Below are positions 47,201 to 56,700 of a DNA stretch of 64,000 bases, in pieces. The position numbers and the translations under genes were made by a program. The DNA is from Macrostomum lignano (Eukaryota). The notes beneath the pieces were generated by a model. The model saw only the letters and a list, made by a program, of their open reading frames with translations. It was not told the origin of the DNA and ran no database searches. Position 1 is the first letter of the stretch. The number at the start of each line of letters is the position of its first letter. The stretch lies in contig NIVC01003104.1 in the NCBI GenBank assembly GCA_002269645.1, forward strand, positions 116,103 to 180,102, given 5' to 3'.

Positions 47201-49997
47201 CATGAGTGATGGACATTCAAGTCATGAGTGATGGACATTTAGGTCATGAGTGATGGACATTCAGGTCATGAGTGATGGACATTTAGGTCATGAGTGATGG
47301 AAATTCAGGTCATGAGTGATGGACATTCAGGTCATGAGTGATGGACATTTAGGTCATGAGTGATGGAAACTCAGGTCATGAGTGATGGACATTCAGGTCA
47401 TGAGTGATGGACATTTAGGTCATGAGTGATGGTCATTCAGGTTATGAGTGATGGACATTCAGGTCATAAGTGATGGACATCCAGATCATGAGTGATGAAC
47501 ATTCAGGTCATAAGTGATGGACATCCAGATCATGAGTGATGAACATTCAGATCATGAGTGATGGACATTCAGGTCATAAGTGATGGACATCCAGATCATG
47601 AGTGATGGACATTCAGATCATGAGTGATGGACATTTAGGTCATGAGTGATGGACATTCGGATTCTGAGTGATGGAAATTCGGATTCTGAGTGATGGAAAT
47701 TCGGATCATGAGTGATGGACATTTAGGTCATGAGTGATGGACATTCGGATTCTGAGTGATGGAAATTCGGATCATGAGAGATGGATATTCAAGTCATAAG
47801 TGATGGACATTAAAGTCATGAGTGATGGACATTCAAGTCATGAGTGATGGTCATTCAAGTCATGAGTGATGACCATTCAGATCATAAGTGATGGACATTC
47901 TGCAAGCCTATAAACCCGTGGCTTAGTAGTGTTACAACCAGGATGCTAATATGCTTATCCAAATTATTTAAAATCCCCATTTTTCAAACTCCCAAGAAGA
48001 CGCAGCATCTCGGGCAGCTGGAAGGTGAACTCGGGCTCGGCTATGCTTGAGCAGTTGCCAGTGACCGAAGAGTGAGTCCTTCAGCAGAGTGGCACACGTG
48101 CTCACGCATGAACACGCCAGCAAAACTAAGTGAAAATTTCTGCTTTCAGATACCGCCGATGGCTTGACGAGCTATCGGGGTTGTTCAGCGGTGCCGACAT
48201 CTGCGCGCTGGAGGCGGTGCAGCTCAGGAGCGGCGCCGTGCGCATCATCGGGGTGAGGAGGCTGAGCACATTCTAGTTAGTTCTCGGGGGCACAAGTTAG
48301 ACACAAACCATTAGACACAAACCATTAGACACAAACCATTAGACACAAACCATTAGACACCAATCATTAGACACCAATCATTAGATACAAACCATTAGAC
48401 ACAAACCATTAGACACAAACCATTAGACACAAACCATTAGACACCAATCATTAGACACCAATCATTAGACACAAACCATTAGACACAAACCATTAGACAC
48501 AAACCATTAGACACAAACCATTAGACACAAACCATTAGACACAAACCATTAGACACCAATCATTTGACACAAACCATTAGACACAAACCATTAGACACAA
48601 ACCATTGGACACAAACCATTAGACACAAACCATTAGACACAAACCATTAGACACAAACCATTAGACACAAACCATTAGACACAAACCATTAGACACAAAC
48701 CATTAGACACCAATCATTTGACACAAACCATTAGACACAAACCATTAGATACAAACCATTAGAAACAAACCATTAGACACAAACCATTAGATACAAACCA
48801 TTAGACACAAACCATTAGACACAAACCATTAGACACAAACCATTAGACACAAACCATTAGACACAAACCATTAGACACCAATCATTTGACACAAACCATT
48901 AGACACAAACCATTAGATACAAACCATTAGACACCAACCATTAGACACAAACCATTAGACACAAACCATTAGACACAAACCATTAGACACCAATCATTAG
49001 ACACAAACCATTAGACACAAACCATTAGACACAAACCATTAGACACAAACCATTAGACACAAACCATTAGACACCAACCATTAGACACCAACCATTAGAC
49101 ACAAACCATTAGACACCAACCATTAGACACAAACCATTAGACACAAACCATTAGACACCAACCATTAGACACAAACCATTAGACACAAACCATTAGACAC
49201 AAACCATTAGACACCAATCATTAGACACAAACCATTAGACACAAACCATTAGACACAAACCATTAGACACAAACCATTAGACACAAACCATTAGACACAA
49301 ACCATTAGACACCAATCATTAGACACAAACCATTAGACACCAATCATTAGACACAAACCATTAGACACAAACCATTAGACACAAACCATTAGACACAAAC
49401 CATTAGATACAAACCATTAGACACCAACCATTAGACACAAACCATTAGACACAAACCATTAGACACAAACCATTAGACACCAATCATTAGACACAAACCA
49501 TTAGACACAAACCATTAGACACAAACCATTAGACACAAACCATTAGACACAAAATGCCACCCGGATGCCAGGCCTCCGGTTCCGACATGCCACTGCTCGG
49601 AGACTCCCAGGAGGAGGACAGACGGCACATTGCAGATGTGGTGCTGGCCCGCATGACGCAGCACCAGCAGCAGCTGCAGCAGGAGAAGGAGATGGAGAAG
49701 GACCGAGCCGCCGCCTCAGCCACCGCAGCGGCAGCCAACGGTCCTCCGGCTCCGGCTGAGCCGGAAGCTCTGACAACGGCGCCAACAACCGCGGCGCCAA
49801 CAGCAACCTCGACAAGTCCGGGCCCTCCTCCGCAGAGGCCGCCTCCGCCGCCCCGGCAAATGTCGGCCACCGCGTCGCCGTCATCAGGCGGCAGCGGACG
49901 AAGCGGCGGAGCCAGCCGGCCAGGCGAGGACTCCGAGGACACAATGAAAAATTTGCGAAAGACTTTCGCCGGAATCGGAATATTTCGAGACATGTGA
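11974..49997 (+). CDS. Syn: Synapsin; join(11974..12353,12943..13000,13083..13162,15658..15808,16779..16868,44701..44808,46808..46959,47997..48071,48150..48252,49572..49997), 540 aa
   Basis: Domain [15 protein letters not shown] (PKA site). Domain C motifs [93 protein letters not shown]. Protostome-type domain [15 protein letters not shown]. All intron phases are consistent; 1623 nt total. Confidence 0.96.
12943..13000 (+). CDS. Syn: Synapsin coding exon 2
   Basis: Encodes (W)[19 protein letters not shown]; CAG/GTGACT boundaries. Confidence 0.95.
13083..13162 (+). CDS. Syn: Synapsin coding exon 3
   Basis: Encodes [26 protein letters not shown](R); CAG/GTGAGC boundaries. Confidence 0.9.
13186..14058 (-). 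repeat. 29-bp minisatellite (GTGACAGTCCTCAGTGCCCTGTCCTTCCT), ~30 copies, synapsin intron 3
   Basis: Tandem periodicity; inverted relative to 10953-11238. Confidence 0.95.
14627..14908 (-). mobile_element. tRNA-derived CORE-SINE, near full length
   Basis: Minus strand reads TGTAGCCTAGTGGTTAGAGCG (A box) ... GGTTCGATTCC (B box), then the CORE-like TGTGTCCTTGAGCAAGACACTTAACTCTGCATTGCTTCAGTTCACCCAGCTGTAAAATGGG resembling the MIR core. Body is shared with 57911-58108. Confidence 0.85.
15361..15612. repeat. Degenerate 16-bp minisatellite (TGTCTAACAGGTTTGA)
   Basis: Tandem periodicity. Confidence 0.85.
15658..15808 (+). CDS. Syn: Synapsin coding exon 4
   Basis: Encodes [11 protein letters not shown]...[20 protein letters not shown]. 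Confidence 0.95.
15945..16512. repeat. 13-bp minisatellite (CCTGTCCTCTCTG then CCTGTCCTCTCTC), synapsin intron 4
   Basis: Tandem periodicity with a subtype switch near 16290. Confidence 0.95.
16779..16868 (+). CDS. Syn: Synapsin coding exon 5
   Basis: Encodes [30 protein letters not shown]; GTAAGG donor opens the 27,832-nt intron. Confidence 0.95.
17897..19095. repeat. Two adjacent 11-bp arrays: AGAGAGATCAT (~17897-18775) and GATTAGACAGA (~18865-19095)
   Basis: Tandem periodicity. Confidence 0.93.
19748..20450. repeat. 20-bp minisatellite (TTTGAGTCACTCTGCTCTGA), ~35 copies
   Basis: Tandem periodicity; many units contain TGAGTCA. Confidence 0.93.
21883..22125 (-). CDS. Timp: TIMP coding exon 5 (C-terminal domain)
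   Basis: Pyrimidine-rich acceptor; encodes [80 protein letters not shown]. Confidence 0.85.
   Translation of the reverse strand: MEDRLFQPIKNVTAEQANSCSFDPSRDYFMCLTSFSYCAYYRDPYRRTAGCAWHTASTKRYKKCATGNLQIEAQRRGITR
21883..35054 (-). CDS. Timp: Tissue inhibitor of metalloproteinases (TIMP)-family protein nested antisense in synapsin intron 5; complement(join(21883..22125,33809..33984,34284..34488,34534..34640,34778..35054)), 335 aa
   Basis: Hydrophobic segment [19 protein letters not shown] followed by [20 protein letters not shown] (TIMP C-x-C...HPQ..FC.SDF), [37 protein letters not shown], and a C-terminal MCLTSFSYC...GCAWH...RYKKC similar to invertebrate TIMPs. GT-AG phases 1,0,1,0 are consistent; start context GGCATGG. 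Confidence 0.92.
22215..22745. repeat. Degenerate 12/21-bp minisatellite (AATGTGTTTGTCGATCTGTCG)
   Basis: Tandem periodicity. Confidence 0.9.
23448..24203. repeat. C/T-rich degenerate minisatellite (CTCACTCCCCT/CTCACTCATACT units)
   Basis: Low-complexity tandem units. Confidence 0.9.
25025..25092 (+). pseudogene. tRNA-like (SINE-head) segment carried in Helitron 1; decayed copy at ~29320-29385
   Basis: A-box-like TAGCCTAGATG, anticodon-like arm CTGGA-CTGCTAA-TGCAG, B box GGGTTCGAATC; stems are imperfect. Confidence 0.5.
25135..27915. repeat. 23-bp minisatellite (TAAAGAGCCACCATGTCGAACAT), ~120 copies, inside Helitron 1
   Basis: Tandem periodicity. Confidence 0.95.
27975..28705. repeat. 18/21-bp minisatellite (GGGGATGCTTGCATGCTGTCT / GGGGATGCTTGCTATCTG), inside Helitron 1
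   Basis: Tandem periodicity. Confidence 0.92.
29447..30070. repeat. 23-bp minisatellite (AGAAGCGTCATGTAAAAAATCAT), inside Helitron 2
   Basis: Tandem periodicity; same unit length and position as the Helitron 1 array. Confidence 0.93.
30888..30937 (+). repeat. Interstitial (TTAGGG)n-like tract, ~8 units, inside Helitron 2
   Basis: TTAGGG TTAGG TTAGGG TTAGGG TTAGGG TTAGG CTAGGG TTAGGG; degenerate counterpart at ~30466-30515. Confidence 0.85.
31292..32925. repeat. 20-bp minisatellite (CTCACTCCCATCACTCAAAT), ~80 copies
   Basis: Tandem periodicity. Confidence 0.95.
33455..33690. repeat. ~23-bp minisatellite (CCTGTACTGGTTGATTAATGATT)
   Basis: Tandem periodicity. Confidence 0.88.
33809..33984 (-). 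CDS. Timp: TIMP coding exon 4
   Basis: Encodes [18 protein letters not shown]...[19 protein letters not shown]. Confidence 0.9.
34066..34260. repeat. 19-bp minisatellite (CTCATTGCCTCACTCTCAT), TIMP intron 3
   Basis: Tandem periodicity. Confidence 0.9.
34284..34488 (-). CDS. Timp: TIMP coding exon 3
   Basis: Encodes [11 protein letters not shown]...[12 protein letters not shown]...KKLYLVT(G). Confidence 0.88.
34534..34640 (-). CDS. Timp: TIMP coding exon 2
   Basis: Encodes (A)[35 protein letters not shown]; followed by a 45-nt intron. Confidence 0.88.
34778..35054 (-). CDS. Timp: TIMP coding exon 1 (leader + CPC...FCASDF)
   Basis: True ATG at 35052-35054 (the ORF-track start at 35066 is TTG); donor G|GTGAGA. 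Confidence 0.88.
35990..36826. repeat. 19-bp satellite (GTCAGGGATGCTAAACTGT), ~44 copies
   Basis: Same unit and orientation as 39764-41880. Confidence 0.95.
37101..37815 (+). mobile_element. tRNA-derived SINE copy with an internally amplified 47-bp segment
   Basis: Head AGCTCAGTGGTGAACGC...GGTTCGATTCC (37101-37176). Body AAACCCCAGGCACAGAGACTGTACATGCC...CATGAGTCGAG is homologous to 44100-44240. Confidence 0.7.
37290..37808. repeat. 47-bp tandem array (TCGAGTATGTGCTCAGGAGTCAAGCGGAATGGGCAGAATTGCCTCAG), 11 copies, 3-mer higher-order repeat
   Basis: Every third unit has AATGTGCAG instead of AATGGGCAG. Confidence 0.95.
38692..39128. repeat. 18-bp minisatellite (CTGCTTCTGGGCGCTTAT), ~24 copies
   Basis: Tandem periodicity. 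Confidence 0.95.
39764..41880. repeat. 19-bp satellite (GTCAGG(G/A)(A/T)TGCTAAACTGT), ~110 copies
   Basis: Tandem periodicity with variant blocks. Confidence 0.95.
42721..44113. repeat. 82-bp tandem array, ~17 near-identical copies, derived from a SINE body segment
   Basis: Unit AGTAGTCTATGAGCTAGATTCCAGTGTCTGAATCGCGTTACGACCCCAGGTCATGCGATTCACAGCCGTGAGGGCCAACCCC; runs into the SINE body at 44100-44240. Confidence 0.95.
44701..44808 (+). CDS. Syn: Synapsin coding exon 6
   Basis: Encodes [36 protein letters not shown]; CAGCAG tandem acceptor. Confidence 0.92.
46808..46959 (+). CDS. Syn: Synapsin coding exon 7
   Basis: Encodes [50 protein letters not shown](L). Confidence 0.92.
46985..47900. 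repeat. 22-bp minisatellite (GAGTGATGGACATTCAGGTCAT), ~41 copies, synapsin intron 7
   Basis: Tandem periodicity. Confidence 0.95.
47997..48071 (+). CDS. Syn: Synapsin coding exon 8
   Basis: Encodes [24 protein letters not shown]; AAGAAG tandem acceptor. Confidence 0.93.
48150..48252 (+). CDS. Syn: Synapsin coding exon 9
   Basis: Encodes [34 protein letters not shown]. Confidence 0.93.
48297..49552. repeat. 14-bp minisatellite (TTAGACACAAACCA), ~90 copies, synapsin intron 9
   Basis: Tandem periodicity. Confidence 0.95.
49572..49997 (+). CDS. Syn: Synapsin coding exon 10 (end of C, Pro-rich D, E domain)
   Basis: Encodes [28 protein letters not shown]...[20 protein letters not shown]. Confidence 0.93.
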   Translation, partial: ASGSDMPLLGDSQEEDRRHIADVVLARMTQHQQQLQQEKEMEKDRAAASATAAAANGPPAPAEPEALTTAPTTAAPTATSTSPGPPPQRPPPPPRQMSATASPSSGGSGRSGGASRPGEDSEDTMKNLRKTFAGIGIFRDM

Positions 49998-50867
49998 CCG
50001 GCTGGCTGCGGAGTGGGTCAAGGATCAGTTCTCGCGGTTTTGAAAATTTGAATTCGCGCCAAAATTGAAATTATTTAAAAGACGCAACGCCACTGATAAG
50101 GTTCATATTATTCGAAAACATCAATTGAAATAATTGGATTGGCGTTCTGGGTTTGGCGCGAATTAAAAAGCAAAATAAAATTCCGAGTGTTAATTAAAAC
50201 AAAGAGCTTTGAGAAAGTTTTTTTTAATTTAAAAGTAAAACAATTTAAATAATTAATGAATACCAACACTGGATGCAAGTGATACACTTTATGAACAAAT
50301 GATGAAGCACTATATAATGTTATCTTTATGTTCCCGCCGATTCTCTAGTCGGGGTATCATTCTCTGTGGCATCAATGCCCTCCAAAGCAGTTTAACCTTC
50401 CGTTGTACTCTCATTTATTCTGTTTTAACTATTCGCTAAATACTACTTGATTGATATTGATAGTAGACAGTGTGGCATAAATTTCCTTTGATAATACATG
50501 TATATTTTTTCTTTTTAGCAATATCGGCTAGTAGTGTATTTTAAAATATTTTTGCGCTTATTTGTGTTCCATTTTTTGTCATAAATGTATAATGCTATTT
50601 TTAGAATTATTATCCCAATAGGCCTATTGCTGTTGCTATATATAGGAAGTGTTATGATAGCCATTTTTAGACTTTTTGTCGTAAATTAAACGAACATTTT
50701 TAACTGTTATATTCATTAGACACTGTTTAATCAATATTTTTCATTATGCTTATCATAGCAATATACGCGCGAATCAGATTGCAGTAATTATTCGTTTATT
50801 ATTTTCCTGTGTAACCTTCATTTTTCAAAAAAGTTTTGAGTAAAATAGAAGGGTGACACTAAACTTA

Positions 50868-53138
50868 TGGTAATGGAGAGGAGGGTGATGAAGAAGAGGG
50901 TAATGGAGAGGAGGGTGATGAAGAAGAGGGTAATGGAGAGGAGGGTGATGAAGAAGAGGGTAATGGAGAGGAGGGTGATGAAGAAGAGGGTGATGGAGAG
51001 GAGGGTGATGAAGAAGAGGGTAATGGAGAGGAGGGTGATGAAGAAGAGGGTAATGGAGAGGAGGGTGATGAAGAAGAGGGTAATGGAGAGGAGGGTGATG
51101 AAGAAGAGGGTAATGGAGAGGAGGGTGATGAAGAAGAGGGTGATGGAGAGGAGGGTGATGAAGAAGAGGGTGATGGAGAGGAGGGTGATGAAGAAGAGGG
51201 TAATGGAGAGGAGGGTGATGAAGAAGAGGGTAATGGAGAGGAGGGTGATGAAGAAGAGGGTGATGGAGAGGAGGGTGATGAAGAAGAGGGTGATGGAGAG
51301 GAGGGTGATGGAGAGGAGGGTGATAAAGAGGAGGGTGACGGAGAGGAGGGTGATGAAGAGGAGGGTGATGGAGAGGAGGGTGATAAAGAGGAGGGTGACG
51401 GAGAGGAGGGTGATGGAGAGGAGGGTGATAAAGAGGAGGGTGACGGAGAGGAGGGAGATGGAGAGGAGGGTTATGGAGAGGAGGGTGATGAAGAGGAGGG
51501 TGATGGAGAGGAGGGTGATGAAGAGGAGGGTGACGGAGAGGAGGGTGATGGAGAGGAGGGTGATGGAGAGGAGGGTGATGGAGAGGAGGGTGATAAAGAG
51601 GAGGGTGACGGAGAGGAGGGAGATGGAGAGGAGGGTGATGGAGAGGAGGGTGATGAAGAGGAGGGTGATGGAGAGGAGGGTGATAAAGAGGAGAGTGATG
51701 GAGAGGAGGGTGATGGAGAGGAGGGTGATGGAGAGGAGGGTGATGAAGAGAAGGGTGATGGAGAGGAGGGTGACGGAGAGGAGGGTGATGGAGAGGAGGG
51801 TGATAAAGAGAGGGTGACGGAGAGGAGGGAGATGGAGAGGAGGGTGATGGAGAGGAGGGTGATGGAGAGGAGGGTGATGGAGAGGAGGGTGATGGAGAGG
51901 AGGGTGATAAAGAGAGGGTGACGGAGAGGAGGGTGATGGAGAGGAGGGTGATGGAGAGGAGGGTGATGGAGAGGAGGGTGATGAAGAGAAGGGTGATGGA
52001 GAGGAGGGTGACGGAGAGGAGGGTGATGGAGAGGAGGGTGATGAAGAGGAGGGTGACGGAGAGGAGGGTGATGGAGAGGAGGGTGATGGAGAGGAGGGTG
52101 ATGAAGAGAAGGGTGATGGAGAGGAGGGTGACGGAGAGGAGGGTGATGGAGAGGAGGGTGATAAAGAGAGGGTGACGGAGAGGAGGGAGATGGAGAGGAG
52201 GGTGATGGAGAGGAGGGTGATGGAGAGGAGGGTGATGGAGAGGAGGGTGATGGAGAGGAGGGTGATAAAGAGAGGGTGACGGAGAGGAGGGAGATGGAGA
52301 GGAGGGTGATGGAGAGGAGGGTGATGGAGAGGAGGGTGATGGAGAGGAGGGTGATGGAGAGGAGGGTGATAAAGAGAGGGTGACGGAGAGGAGGGTGATG
52401 GAGAGGAGGGTGATGGAGAGGAGGGTGATGGAGAGGAGGGTGATGAAGAGAAGGGTGATGGAGAGGAGGGTGACGGAGAGGAGGGTGATGGAGAGGAGGG
52501 TGATGAAGAGGAGGGTGACGGAGAGGAGGGTGATGGAGAGGAGGGTGATGGAGAGGAGGGTGATGGAGAGGAGGGTGATAAAGAGGAGGGTGACGGAGAG
52601 GAGGGAGATGGAGAGGAGGGTGATGGAGAGGAGGGTGATGAAGAGGAGGGTGATGGAGAGGAGGGTGATAAAGAGGAGAGTGATGGAGAGGAGGGTGATG
52701 GAGAGGAGGGTGATGGAGAGGAGGGTGATGAAGAGAAGGGTGATGGAGAGGAGGGTGACGGAGAGGAGGGTGATGGAGAGGAGGGTGATAAAGAGAGGGT
52801 GACGGAGAGGAGGGTGATGAAGAAGAGGGTGATGGAGAGGAGGGTGATGAAGAAGAGGGTGATGGAGAGGAGGGTGATGAAGAAGAGGGTAATGGAGAGG
52901 AGGGTGATGAAGAAGAGGGTAATGGAGAGGAGGGTGATGAAGAAGAGGGTGATGGAGAGGAGGGTGACGGAGAGGAGGGTGATGGAGAGGAGGGTGACGG
53001 AGAGGAGGGTGATGAAGAGGAGGGTGATGGAGAGGAGGGTGATGAAGAGGAGGGTGATGGAGAGGAGGGTGACGAAGAGGAGGGTGACGGAGAGGAGGGT
53101 GATGAAGAGGAGGGTGATGAAGAGGAGGGTGATGAAGA
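50868..53138. repeat. 15-bp purine-rich minisatellite (GAGAGGAGGGTGATG) with 30-bp higher-order blocks, ~150 copies
   Basis: Tandem periodicity. Confidence 0.95.
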
Positions 53139-53735
53139 GTTAATGCGTCTTAATTGCAAACAACACAGGCCCAAACTGATGCTGCATCCAGCACTTTGAC
53201 TCGTTTACGAGGCAGTAAAATTTTTGGCAAAGAACATGGCCGGTTAGAATCGCAGCGCTTTCCAACAGCCGTTAGCAACTGTGTTTCTGGTCCAATATTA
53301 TTGTCAAACAAGACAGCAGCTGCTGAAGCTTTTGAAAAACGAAAAAAAGAAAGCAATTTTCTCGAACCTTTGCAATTTTTCGGACTGTCGTAGAAGCCAA
53401 AAACAGGTGCTTTGCCTTGTCCAATAAATGGGTAGCACTTTCTGGCTTCTAAGAGAGCATTTTCTTGTTGCATTTTTATCAACTTTTTTAGTTATTGTCC
53501 CGAAGTTGCCGATTTTTACAGCATGTTTTTAGCAGTTTTTGTGGACATCAGTTACATACAGGCAAATACTAAAAGGATTCAATGTGCACGAATGCCAGTA
53601 ACGATTTCTGGCCTCTTAACCGGTAAGAGATTCACAAAAGAACGAACCGTGAGAAAAAGATCTTAATCAATGAATCAAGTAAATAAGCAGCCACACTGTT
53701 GTGATACGTTTGAAACGTGAAAGAACCGCTTCGAG

Positions 53736-56700
53736 TCAAAGCAAATTCTCTCGCTCTGTTGATTCGTCGTCTTGGTGCTGCTGTAGCGGCTGCTGCGGTG
53801 GCGGCGGCGGTGGCGGCGGCGGTGGAACGACCGTGCTAGTCATGCGGAGCCGCTGCAGCAGCTGCTCCGTGGACTGACCGAACTCAGCAAGGTCTGCTTC
53901 GTGTACATCTACCGGGTCGTCAGCTGCTGAAGTCGGTGAAATGCGGATCTGATGCTTTCAAACCATTTTGAAGGGCTCTTTATTAAGCTCTCTCTCTAAC
54001 CCTCCCTGCTCACTATTGGTCCAGCTAACCCCCCGACCCCCTGTCTCTCACGTGCAGCTCTCTCCCTCCCCGCTCACTATTGGTCCAGCTAACCCCCAAC
54101 CCCCTGTCTCTCACGTGCAGCTCTCTCCCTCCCCGCTCACCATTGGCCCAGCTACTCCCTCACCCACCCTACTGTCTCTCACAAGCAGCTCTCTCCCTCC
54201 CCGCTCACTATTGGTCCAGCTAACCCCCACCCCGCTGTCTGTCACATGCAGTTCTCCCTCCCCGCTCACCATTGGCCAGCTAATCCCAGCCCAGTTCACT
54301 GTCTCTCGAATTTTGTGCTTGATTGCCCCCACCCCCACCCGCTATCTCTTTCCTTGTGACAGTTTCTTTGAAAATTTACTAGTGAACGCTAAAGTATGGT
54401 AATAGGCCAAAGAAATGCTACAATATAGGACAGCTTTTCTCCTAAAAATTCTGTTATTGTACATGTACTTTATCTTCTTATTTAGCAGAGGATTTATTCC
54501 ATCCAAATAATTTATGGGTTATGAACAAGATTCTAGTCATCAGATTCTGAACAGGGTCAGAAAAATAAAGCCACTTGGCAAGTCGCTATTTTGCTAGCCT
54601 TAATTTCCTGGTGCCGATTTTGTCCGTGGCATCTAGCTCGTAATTTCCCTCTTCTACCCACCGAAGCGCCCAATAGCGGTGATTGGAGCCCGGATTTGCC
54701 CAGGCGCAGCCGCTGTTCCTTCCGCTTCATCATCGATGTCAGCCTCCTTGGCCGCGCATTCGCTGCAGTAGCTGTCCGAGCATGAGCACCCGGATGAGTC
54801 CGAGTTGCTGTCTCCGTATCCTTGATTTTCGTCTTCTTCGTCATCATCATCAACCGAGCTTTCGGATGAGCTTCGGTCGTCTGAGGTTTCGTGATTGTGC
54901 CCGTTGCCGTTGCTGCTATCTGTGGGGGGGGGGGGCGAAACGATGGATAACTAAGAGGATTTAAAAAGGAACTTAACGTAGGTTTTTAGTGGTCCTTGTA
55001 AGCTCACTAGTGTTTTTCATCTGAGCAGAGTGATGAGCTCACTAGAGTGTGTGTGCTAACCATCTGAGCAGAGTGATGAGCTCACTAGAGTGTGTGTGCT
55101 AACCATCTGGGCAGAGTGATGAGCTCACTAGAGTGTGTGTGCTAACCATCTGAGCAGAGTGATGAGCTCACTAGAGTGTGTGTGCTAACCATCTGAGCAG
55201 AGTGATGAGCTCACTAGAGTGTGTGTGCTAACCATCTGAGCAGAGTGATGAGCTCACTAGAGTGTGTGCTAACCATCTGAGCAGAGTGATGAGCTCACTA
55301 GAGTGTGTGCTCATCTGAGCAGAGTGATGAGCTCACTAGAGTGTGTACGCTAACCATCTGAGCAGAGTGATGAGCTCACTTGAGTGTGTGTGCTCATGTG
55401 AGCAGAGTGATGAGCTCACTAGAGTGTGTGTGCTCATCTGAGCAGAGTGATGAGCTCACTAGAGTGTGTGCTAACCATCTGAGCAGAGTAATGAGCTCAC
55501 TTGAGTGTGTGCTAACCATCTGAGCAGAGTGATGAGCTCACTAGAGTGTGTGTGCTCATCTGAGCAGAGTGATGAGCTCACTAGAGTGTGTGCTAACCAT
55601 CTGAGCAGAGTGATGAGCTCACTAGAGTGTGTGTGCTCATCTGAGCAGAGTGATGAGCTCACTAGAGTGTGTGCTAACCATCTGAGCAGAGTAATGAGCT
55701 CACTTGAGTGTGTGCTAACCATCTGAGCAGAGTGATGAGCTCACTAGAGTGTGTGTGCTCATCTGAGCAGAGTGATGAGCTCACTAGAGTGTGTGCTAAC
55801 CATCTGAGCAGAGTGAAGAGCTCACTAGAGTGTGTGTGCTCATCTGAGCAGAGTGATGAGCTCACTAGAAAATGTGCTCATCTGAGCAGAGTGATGAGCT
55901 CACTAGAGTGTGTACGCTAACCATCTGAGCAGAGTGATGAGCTCACTTGAATGTGTGCTCATCTGAGCAGAGTGATGAGCTCACTAGAAAGTGTGCTCAT
56001 CTGAGCAGAGTGAAGAGCTCACTAGAGTGTGTGCTAACCGTCTAAGCAGAGTGATGAGCTCACTAGAGTGTGTGCTAACCATCTGAGCAGAGTGAAGAGC
56101 TCACTAGAGTGTGTGCTAACCATCTAAGCAGAGTGATGAGCTCACTAGAGTGTGTGCTAACCATCTGAGCAGAGTGAAGAGCTCACTAGAGTGTGTGCTA
56201 ACCATCTAAGCAGAGTGATGAGCTCACTAGAGTGTGTGCTAACCATCTGAGCAGAGTGATGAGCTCACTAGAGTGTGTGCTAACCATCTAAGCAGAGTGA
56301 TGAGCTCACTAGAGTGTGTGCTAACCATCTGAGCAGAGTGATGAGCTCACTAGAGTGTGTGCTAACCATCTGAGCAGAGTGATGACCTCACTAGAGTGTG
56401 TGCTAACCATCTGAGCAGAGTGATGAGCTCACTAGAGTGTGTGCTAACCATCTGAGTAGAGTGATGAGCTCACTAGAGTGTGTGCTAACCATCTGAGCAG
56501 AGTGATGAGCTTACTAGATGTATAATTAAGTACTTACACTATAAAAATAAACCTAAACAGCCGCAGGTGGGGTCAGAATATTCTGCTTTATATAGCATCA
56601 GAAGAAACTGCACAAGCTGGGGGTGAAAAGAATTGAAGTATTAATACAAGTGCAGGCTCTAGCGCAGTCTAAGGTTGCTACCTGCCGGCAGTAATGAGAG

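Noticed and set aside
50867-53174. 316-567-aa MERRV / SSPSP / HHPPL ORFs (extensin- or HRG-like look)
   Set aside because: Produced by the 15-bp minisatellite on both strands.
55001-56518. Hammerhead ribozyme in the 41-bp unit (TGATGAG, palindromic TGAGCTCA)
   Set aside because: Lacks the C of CUGAUGA and the GAAA core element.
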